Part shown: in pieces, positions 1 to 9,502 of the stretch
Position numbering within the stretch: the stretch's first letter is position 1
Layout: every line of letters starts with the position of its first letter
DNA from: Vermamoeba vermiformis
Lineage: Eukaryota
Direction of reading: 5' to 3'
Length of the DNA: 64,000 nucleotides
NCBI GenBank assembly: GCA_045837725.1
Contig: JBEWZL010000013.1
Location: forward strand, 1 to 64,000
Made by a program: the position numbers and the translations under genes
Notes under the pieces: model-generated
The model's input: the letters and a program-made list of their open reading frames with translations, nothing else
The model's database searches: none
What the model was told of the DNA's origin: nothing

Positions 1-636
1 ATAACCTATTAAATTCAAATTAATATATTGTGTTAATTATAAAATAGAGAAAATTTGAATTTTACTCGAGCACAAAGCTCGATCCGTATAATTACTTACC
101 TATTTTAAATTATACGTGTAATTTTAAATTTTAAATTGACGCATTCTATGCGTATTATTGATTGTAATTATTATTAAAATTGAACTTACCAATTATTATG
201 ATGCGTCCAACGCATCCGATCTCGCCATCAAGTTGCCAAACCAACGAGCGAGCAGTGGTGATCGTACCTGCAGCGGGACACGAACGGAATGGGCCAGTAT
301 ACCAAAAAACGACCATCGGTGGTCGGGATCTCGCGCATCGAAAGTAAGTGGAACTATCGATCGCGTTAGAAAATCGGGACGAGTTTCTGTATTGAAAATT
401 AATCATTAATATACTGTAAAATAATTTGATAAAACGATAAGTTCAAACAGAAACCGAGTTAAATTACGAGCACGAAGCTCGATCCGGATCTGATTGATTT
501 ATAATTTCAAAAATTTAAAAATTGAATTTATGCTATGTTAATATTATACATAGGTGGAAGGATATTTAAAAAATTATTACCTTAAATTATCTCGGTCACT
601 GCACCGAGATTTGATCGCGTTTTGTTCGCGATCTTA

Positions 637-652
637 ACGCCGCGCTGAAATT

Positions 653-691
<39 letters not shown>

Positions 692-1056
692 GAACGACGC
701 TGATTGCCGTTGGGCGCGTGCTGACATATCAAATAATATATCTAAATTAATATCATAATTCGACCCCTGTGGTCGATCTGTTGCGAATCTTAGTTCGCAT
801 CGACTTCAATATCTAAATAACTCGCGCTGAACGACCGTCGTGGCCGTGGCGCGCAACTATCTGCTGTTAATAAACTATAATCAATAAATATAACGACCTT
901 TGTGGTCGTTCTGCTGAATTACTGACGCGAAATAGCCATGCGATTTTGACTGAACTTCGAAATAACCCGCGCTGTAACGACGTTGGTATAGTGGCGCGTA
1001 ACTGTCCTATGTAAAAATCGATAAATAAATGCTTAATCAACCGGTTTGGTCGATCT
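637..1056. repeat. Three diverged tandem ~130-145 bp units (CGCGCTG..AACGAC..GGCGCG..CGACC-N5-GGTCG); leftmost unit interrupted by T36 (655-690)
   Basis: aataactcgcgctgaacgac (~816) vs aataacccgcgctgtaacgac (~961); cgacccctgtggtcgatctg (761), cgacctttgtggtcgttctg (894), caaccggtttggtcgatctc (1038). Confidence 0.65.
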
Positions 1057-1722
1057 CCTCGGTTAAAAGTAAACTTACCTGCTCGATCCGTTGACGTATT
1101 TCTAAACCTCGTTAAAATCGAACCTGTAGCGATAAATTAAATCAGTACTATTGAAATTAATTACCAATAGAGCGCGAGTAAGGAGAATCTCGGTAATCTC
1201 GCGGATTTAAGAATTGATCAGCGTTCGAATCTGACCTCGAACGCATCCAATAAATAAAATTTTGCTAATATTGTTATTATTACATACCATGAATCATGCA
1301 ATAGCCATTAATTGTTCATAAATCTTCGTTGATCCGTCACTCTGAGTCAACGGATCGGCGCGACGATTTCTTGCTTTCTCTGCCACCGAGAATTTTGGCA
1401 ATAATTTCGCGCGTTGTTCCTCGGCGGTCTGAAGCCAAAAAAATTAATGAAAATTAATTGAGAGGTCTGGAACAAAATTTCAAGATCCAGGGGCCCGTTG
1501 GCTCCCTCGGATCCCCGCGCTATTTATGGCTTACCTTCTCGCTTTGACAAAAAAATTAATATGGACCTATTAGCTCATTGTTTGAGCTATTGTTTCTCAT
1601 TAACGCGAAATTGAACACTGTTCGTTAAAGACAGTACTGTTCAATTTCGTTCGATTTTTTGCCAGTAAATTCGGGGCGCCAAATTTTCCGGTTTTCCAGT
1701 CATTGGGCGCCCCCCCGTGCTC

Positions 1723-1734
1723 CCCTAACCCTAA
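1723..1734. repeat. Short telomere-like tract (CCCTAA)2
   Basis: Exact CCCTAACCCTAA at the boundary between the hairpin-rich segment and the Myb-like ORF. Confidence 0.5.
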
Positions 1735-2062
1735 AAGGGGTCCTTGGCTGGTGCTTTAAAGGTTTTCTTTTTGAAGGGCTGACGAAAAGCGGATTTAGAT
1801 GCGTTCAGCGAATTGAACTGGATCCGCAGTTTGTCAGATTCAACAACACTTGAAATCAAGTGTTCATCGTGCATCTTCTTTAATAATGACCCCCAATTCT
1901 TTCCATGTTGATCCACAAGCTGAATGAGACGACAGCGACTGGTCCAGTTCCAAGACGTCTCTCCAGATCCCCTTCGCCTACATCATCGTCATAGCTCTGA
2001 AACTGTTCTTCATTGTCAGATGGTTCGTCTTCTGTGACGACAATGCGATTTGTGTCGGCCAT
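1731..2062 (-). pseudogene. Myb/SANT-like accessory ORF of a PIF/Harbinger-type transposon (frameshifted, probably truncated)
   Basis: Joining ORFs 1880..2185 and 1731..1916 across a slip in a GA run (~1960) gives an acidic N-terminus followed by WNWTSRCRLIQLVDQHGKNWGSLLKKM..DKLRIQFNSL, a Myb-like W..L..V..HG..W pattern; divergent from the transposase. Confidence 0.55.
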
Positions 2063-2408
2063 GGCTGAATCGTTTGAAAATGAAAGTGGATGTGGCTGCG
2101 AAACAACGACAAGGAAAAATTCTGCCCTGGTAAACGCGAGATAATGCTGCAGTAAATATTTACGATGAATTTTTTCCATAGCCATTATTTCTATTGATAT
2201 TTTACATCCGACCAGATGGGAACCGAGTTAGATTGTTATGAACGAGATTTTAGCGAGATTACTTGTAGCGATATCTGTCGCACCCTTGTATTATATAAAT
2301 AAATGACCTTTCACTCTACGACCACAGAATAGGTCATAACAAGATCTGACGCTTAATCTTCTTATTTCTGTTCGCACTGCCATTATTGTATTAATTCAGT
2401 GCATTGCA

Positions 2409-3325
2409 ATGCATCTTCAACATTCTCGCTGGTTCCACATTGAAAATTACCTCAAGATCACCCGACATCTGCGCCGCGAGCGACAAAACAGGCCAAAGAA
2501 GCAAAGAGTGATTCCCCCACGAATGCCACGGCATCAACCAGTTGGACCAATAGATATTTATGACAGAACTGGGGTTGAACGATCATCATTTACGCAAATT
2601 TTTGGCCTTGTTAAAGCTGATCTAGAAAAACCACGATCTGGAACCCGCAAGATCAGAGTCACTCTATCCTCAGCTCATCGCCTGCTAATGGTACTTCAAT
2701 GGCTATGAGAATACCCAAAATTTAAAGTAATGGCTCAACTCTATGGAGTGTCTCGCTACTTCGTGAAGCGCGAGATCCGACACCAGATTCCAATTTTATT
2801 TGTCAGATTGAATTGGATTGGCTGGCCCGGCGAATACGAGTTAAGTCCTGTTGGTGCACATGCTGCCATTGATTGCTCTGCCCATCAACGATTGCGAGTT
2901 CACCCAAATCCGCCTACTATTATCGCGGAGACAAACGAATTAATATGATGGTCAGCCAGTTTGTCGTTGGATTCAATGGAGCTTTGTACGAACTTGCTGT
3001 GGGTAAAGGACATAATAACGACCAAGCAATGTTCAATATTACGGGGGTGAAACTTCACACAGAACTCGATCAGTTAACTCTGCTCGCGGATCGCGGTTAT
3101 ATGCATCACAGAATAATCACTCCTGCCTCTGTTGATTGGTCGCAGTGCTCATCAAGTCATAGAGTCATAGTTGAAAACGTAATTGGGCAAGTGAAGAGAT
3201 TTGCCGCCGCATCTGCTACTTTTCGGCAATCGCCCGAGTTGCAAGCTCTTGTTATTGTCGTCTGTGGAGAAATTGTTGCAGAAAAGAATCGAGGCAATAC
3301 GCAGCGGTTTTTCCAGCTTGAATAA
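2409..3325 (+). mobile_element. DDE transposase of the PIF/Harbinger-IS5 type (HTH_Tnp_4 + DDE_Tnp_4-like), degenerate
   Basis: LSSAHRLLMVLQWL*EYPKFKVMAQLYGVS HTH region; catalytic motifs AIDC, LLADRGY, HRVIVENVIGQVKRF; intronless; in-frame TGA at 2706-2708 and a frameshift at ~2908. Confidence 0.85.
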
Positions 3326-3559
3326 ACACTTTTAAAGAATAAATTTTGACTTTGCACTGTCCCGTCAAAAACTTTGTCAGAAAAATTTTTTATTTTTTCA
3401 CCAGCGGAGAATGACTTCCGCTTATTGATGAACAGAGATAAAAAGGTGTGGTTTTTTTTGTGTGCGTATTTTTTTGACAAACCAAACACGAGCACAACTT
3501 GGACAAGGTATAGAGATTATTAAATTTACTATTAATACAAATAAATTACAATATTTTCC

Positions 3560-6500
3560 TTAATTTTTGCTTGATTGACGATCTATGTCTTTCGTGGTAT
3601 CTGAGGACTTGTATTGCTCATTGATCGAATCAGCACGAGCAGAACCAGAGCCAACAACATTTGATATCTTTGAACGACCAGTGCTCGCACCTGGATTTGA
3701 GCCAGTGACAGTTTGAGAGGACGCGCTGAGCTTCTCTCGTTTGTTGATGATACGATAGAACTTCAGCACGTACAAGCAAAGAATTGACACAAGCGAAGAG
3801 AACAACAGACCAATCGAGGTGATGATCGCAGCAGTGGTTGTGTCATTCACGCCAATCAACGCAACCAATGGGATAACGATAATAAATAACAGGGTCATAT
3901 TATATACCTACGTTTCCGTTAGTCACGTTCTAAATGACTCCGAAGGAAGTAACTTACGGCAAAGAAGATTTCTTTGGTCTCTTTGTACGAGCCGAAGTTG
4001 ACGTTACGCGTACGGAAAGCAAAAAAGCAACCGATGAGGAACACAACACCCTGTAAGAACGATCAGATCAAGCAACGTGATGAAGTCCAACTTACAAAGT
4101 AGCATATCTGAGTAATCATAAAGGGGAATGAGTTGTCGGAATAGCAACCAAAGATACTGTCCTTTGTTCCTTCAAACTCGAGCGGACGAAGTTCTCCGAA
4201 GAATTGCCAGATGATGAGCAAGATCTAGCAGTAATTAGTACGCGCACTTAATAATGAAATAGAATGCAACTTACGACTTCCAAGCCCAACAGAACGGATA
4301 CTACAATCATCAGCTGACTGTCTCCAATCGGCTTAATCTTCGTCAACTTCTTTCGATGCCAGTTGAAGATACGATCAATGCGATAGCTCTTGACGGCCAT
4401 AGATCCAAAGAACAGAATAAAGCCGATGCAAACGAACCACAACCAGACCATGCATTGAGGAACAACCAAGACGATTAACACAGGCGAGAACATCATTAAG
4501 CCGGCACCAACGAGCGTCATCAAGCTAAAAGTGAGTGAGGAGTGCTTGATGGTCTTGGATTCACGGTGATAAAGAGAAAGAACGATGAAACTGATCGCTG
4601 CACCAACGCACGCGCAAGAAGCTGCTATCACTCCGCCACGAACCCCATCGCTCACGGGAATGAAATTCTCTGCTGGAGTCGTTTGTCAGTAACGTTTTGC
4701 TGATAAAAAGTAATAAAACTTACGAGGATACTGAACACCACAAGTATCGAACTTGAAGGCGTTCTCAGGAACTTCAGCGATCGAATAGTTTGACGAAGAC
4801 GAGATGCGTGTGGTAACGATTCGATGCAAACCTTGGTTGCACGTGCAGTTGTCAGCCGAGCCGCTGAAAGGACCAATCGCTTGACCGCCAATCAAAAAGA
4901 TGGTTTGACTGAAGACTGTGTCGAGGAAAGTCTCTCGAGTGATGTCCAAAGTGCTGTCAATGCTATCGAGCACTTTGATCAAAAACTCGGCAACAACGTA
5001 ACCCTCCAATGAGACGAAACCGAAAGTTGAAGATGCATCACGAGCCAGCATGGCATTTTGGTACAAAGCCACGAGCTGATTGCCGTCATCGGTGGGATCA
5101 GGTACCACTTGGGTGACGTAGACATTGTCGGTAGAGACCTGAACGGCACGGAGAGAACTTGCGAATGCCTCGCTGTCGACGAAAGAAACAGTGCCAAAGA
5201 CGAGGTCAGACTTCCAAGCAAGAGCCATTTGAACGAACTGGGCGAGTTGCTCGTATGTTCCAATGAGGACAATCGCTTGAGGATCACCTTCTTGAATGGA
5301 CGAGAAGCCGTCAGCAAGGTCGAAAGTGTTGCGCTCGTAGGTGCCTTGACTTTCCAGAGACATGGAGCGGTTCTTCAAAGCCAACTGAAGACCCTCGAGT
5401 CCCGCGCTGCCGAATCCGTCGTTTTGGTAGAAGATTGAAATGCGACGAAGACCCATATTGTCGATGAAATGTTGAGCCATTGCTGCAACCTCGTCAATGT
5501 ATGAGGCGCGCACATTGACGACATTGTGATTGCACGGATTACGCAAACTGCTAGCGCCAGTGAGTGCACCAATGAATGGCACGCGATTCTCGTTGATGAT
5601 GGGCAGAATAGCCTCGGAAGGAGCTGTGCCGACAGAACCCACTAAGCCAAAGACATTGCGCTCTCCAATGAAGTAGTTCGCATTTTCGGCTGCTGGATCC
5701 GGCTCGTAGCCATCATCGCGAGACAACAAGACCAACTTGCGATTGCGAACACCGCCTTGTTTGTTTCGAGCCAAGAATGATGCCAAAATACCTTGGCGCA
5801 GGCCAACACCGAGGTCCATCACGCTACCTGCTTGTCAAATAAAATGTCAGACATTCTCTCTCGTAATCACGTACAGGTAGTTACCTAAAAGAGGAGCGGA
5901 CTGGCCAAATACAATTGGAGGCACTACATCGCCGTTCGATGAGAGGCATGTGTCCCACGTGTACTTAGTCTCGGGCATATTAACTAAAGTCCCGTTCGCG
6001 TCGATGCTCAATAAGGAGACCGAACGCATGCCTTGATTGCAAGACTTTGAATAAGGTCCTAAGAGCAAGCCAGAGAGCGTAAAATATTGGCTGGACACGA
6101 GCACGTTCAAAAAGTTCTCGTGGCTAACATCTGGATAAGCTTGGGACAGCAGGTCGATGACCAAACGACCAGTAACATAACCTGTATTATTCGTAAGGAA
6201 TGCATACTATCTTACTGGCGTGCGCTTACCTTCAAATGAGAAGGTGGTCACTGAAGCGGAGGCGTTGTACGCGAACAAGGCACGTTCGTATTCTTTGATC
6301 AGATAGGGCTCTGCATTCGAGTGCAATGGAATAGCTTCGGAGATGTAGACCTCGCTCAGAGATACTCCGCTAATTATAATGCAACGAGAGTTAGCTAACG
6401 GAACAATTTTTGATACGCGTTTAAATTGCGCGTACCTCGAAGTAAGTGCATTGACGAATGATTCTGCGTTGACGAATGACACAGTGATGAAGATAATCGA

Positions 6501-7749
6501 TGAGTCGAGGGCTTTAGCTAAACCGACGAATTTTGCGAGGGGCTGATATATATTAAAAGCGTGTCAATAAAAGTTCAAAAGTTCACAATCAGATCGCAAA
6601 TTCACACCAGTACCAAACTTGATTTAAAAGATACTCGTGGTAAAAGGTAACATACCGCATAAGTACCAAACATTACAACTGCTTGAGGGCGAGCTGTGCC
6701 GCCAAGGATCGATTGATAAGCAGCGTCAACATCTTCGGTATTACGGACATAAGATCCTTCGCTATGGAAGTTCAGACCAAGAGCAGCTAGACTTCCATTG
6801 AGTGCCGTGTAACCTAGTTCGATTTAATTTTATTAGCCGAGTTAAATTTAAATGAATTGAACACAATTAGACAACCCGCTCACAACTTATGAAAGATTCT
6901 GTATACGCTTACCGGCCTGTCCAAATGCGTCATTTTGGTAAAGTATCGATATACGAGAAGCGAAGCGTTGGTTGACCAAATAATCGACCATTGCGGTGGT
7001 CTCATCCAAGTAGGAAGCGCGGATGTTGATGATCGTTGGGTCCGTCGGTAATCTGAATGCCATAGAACCTGTGGCAGGTGCAATTATGGGCATATTGCTA
7101 TCCAGAGCTTGGCGAACCTTTAGAGCAGCTGAAATAAACGGAGCTTAGTACAAGAATCTAGATTCGGTTATGAATGGAACCTAAAACAAAGCTTCGGAAA
7201 ATAATATGTATACTTTCAGCGAATACGTGCATTAAGAGAGCAATTCAATCGCATGCCTTGTGCAATTTCAATTTGAGTTGAAGGTTTAATTAAATTGACA
7301 CTTGGTGATTTTGTGAATCGCTTAGTTAGGTAAAAGCCGCGACATAATAAATGCAGAGCATTTACGTAAATTACCTTGAGTAGTTGCAGTGCCAACGTAG
7401 CCAATTAAGCCAAATACATTGTCTTGCGAAATCAAGCGTTGTGTATTTACAGTGGTATTTGCCGGCTCGTAAGCGTCGTCGTAGGACACTAAATTAAGTA
7501 AAATATCACCCTTTATGCCTCCAGCATCATTGACTTCTTTGAATGCCGCCAATAATCCCTGAAAAAAGTGTCACCTGGCGCGGATCTAAATCCAAAATTT
7601 TTGGTACTCACCTGACGTATTTCTTGGCCTAGCTGTCCGTTTCCACCCGTAAATGCAGCACTTTGGCCAAATGTAACGGTAGTTGCAGCGGCCGTTGCGC
7701 CGAAAAGGATGCAGATGGCAACGACGAAGCACAAGAGGGTAGAACTCAT
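3560..7749 (-). CDS. Family C (GABA-B/Grl-like) GPCR with signal peptide, two tandem type-1 periplasmic-binding (Venus flytrap) domains and a 7TM domain; multi-exon
   Basis: Two copies of FGQSA..G..(L/M)G..(I/L)RQG..A.F..N..GG..L...DD.YEP..VFGL.G.VGT..N.RASY.DE..ISI.YQND.FG..G; 7tm_3-like motifs (KHSSLTFS, GFILFFGSMAVKSYRIDRIF, RTRNV..YKETKEI..VYN). Confidence 0.9.
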
Positions 7750-7991
7750 CGCGTCGACTAGGTTATTAAAAATATTTTCGCACAAATTGAAGACGCGTGA
7801 CTTCTTCTTTGCCTTGTAGATTTTTAAAAAGTCAAAATCGCGCTACCATTTTATTCTTTTTACTTACCGGTGGGAAAAGTCACGGAAATTCGGAGGTCCT
7901 CGGCTAAACAGGAATGGAGTATCCGCGAATGCAAATTCTCGGTGCCGATAGTTTGTTTTCTAGAAAAGGTAATTTGTGGTAATGGATTTAT

Positions 7992-9362
7992 TTACCGCTC
8001 ATTCGTGTTGTTGTTTGCGTCCTCAACGCCGGATGTACTCTCTTGTGGCTCGTCTTCTTGATTCTTTCGCGGCACTTGCTTATTACGGTGGTAACCCCTC
8101 CGTTGAGGTACGTGTCTATTGAATGCTGCCGACCAATCACCGGTCTGAGCGACGTCCATCAGAATGTCGAACACTGCCAAGAGATATTTAATTTAACTGA
8201 TTTGTGTTTTCACCGTTATTAATTAACGCGAACTTATAACTCGCGTATCTCTATGACTTTATAAATTTAATGTGACCTTACCGTGATTTACATTGAGCGA
8301 GTTGGATTTGCTGAAGTTGGGCATGTATTGCACGATCGGCAGCTGTGCCGTCTCAATTCCCAGCGCTTCGGCTCTATTCAACGACGTATCCTATTATACC
8401 GGTTAATACTAGTTAATGTTATCGATTCTTGATTTACTTTTAAGCGATTATGGTCGACGATACCGCCAATAATATAAATTTTCTCGGGATCCACGTGCGT
8501 CAGTACATTCGGCGAGTCAGGCGACAAATACACCAATTTACTCGTGTCATATAATTCGCTGAAGCATTTCTCTTCTTTGAAAACCTATGCGAATCAGTTC
8601 TTCGTTAGTAAAAGTTATCGAGCAATTCATGCAGGGGTCGCGTGTCAATTTAAATTCTAAACTAACTCCGATTCATTTCCAAATAAGTTTAAATACGAAA
8701 TTATTGGTTATTAAATTTTGTGTTCTTATAACATACCTTCCACGTATCAACGCCCGATAGCTTATTTACATAATCAACTACCAACCCTTTGTAATTGCAA
8801 TAGATCGCCTTCAACGGACGTTCGGCACGTTTCAGTGATGCGTAAATGTGCATTAATTGTGATGCCAGCGAGGTGAGCTCCTGAAATAGCTGGATTAATC
8901 CCAGCTAGGTTTCGAATCCAGCTTTACTTTGCGAAATTTAAGTGAATAAATTTGGGCCATTAGAATAATAGCCAAAAAATGCTATAATTATTTTGCAACG
9001 ATAGGATTACTTACCCGAGATTCCAGCAATTCGTTGTAATTAAGATCTACCACAACCCAAGGTTTAAAAAATTCTATTTGATCAATAGTGACATCCTTCC
9101 ATTTCTTTTTCATTTCCTCTTCCATTCTGCGCCTCTTATATAAGTCGCTTTGCTCATATTCGGCTTTGGTTTTGTAAACCGACTTTTTCTCGATCCGTTT
9201 TTCTTTAATCCGTTCTTTTTTCTTTTTTCTAACGTCTTTCCATATGATCATTTTTTCTTCTTTTTTTTCTTTCTTAGATTTGTGCTCTTTAACAGGATCA
9301 TCCGGATTTGTCAAATCAAGGTTCGCAAATAGCGTGGCTGATTGATCCTCGTCAAATTCCAT
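7992..9362 (-). CDS. TRMT10: tRNA (guanine-N1)-methyltransferase, Trm10 family; multi-exon
   Basis: Basic N-terminus, VVVDLNY, LVYLSPDSPNVL, IYIIGGIVDHNRLK, AQLPI, LNVNH/VFDIL, W..AF..HVPQRR. Confidence 0.9.
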
Positions 9363-9502
9363 ATTTAAAAAATAAATATATAATAACTATTAATTGATTG
9401 TGCTGGCCGTTTACGGTTGTATTCCGTTTGAGATCCAAATAATAATTTGAACTTTCAACTTTTACTTCGCAGAGCATGACAAACACACTAGAATCGCAAT
9501 AA

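Noticed and set aside
155-409. Overlapping 83-aa ORFs on both strands
   Set aside because: Non-ATG starts and no recognisable motifs; likely chance
915-965. Hammerhead ribozyme (CTGACGC..GAAA)
   Set aside because: The core deviates from CUGANGA and the required stems are not evident
66-1056. CRISPR-like array of palindromic repeats
   Set aside because: Repeats are diverged and irregularly spaced, the context is eukaryotic and there are no cas genes
1673-1728. Helitron 3' end (GC hairpin followed by CTRR)
   Set aside because: The loop is unusually long, no T follows CTAA and no Rep/helicase is seen
1723-1840. Telomerase RNA candidate (CCCUAACCCUAA template followed by a U-rich stretch and GCUGAC)
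   Set aside because: The downstream sequence is explained as the antisense of the Myb-like ORF, and I could not build a convincing pseudoknot
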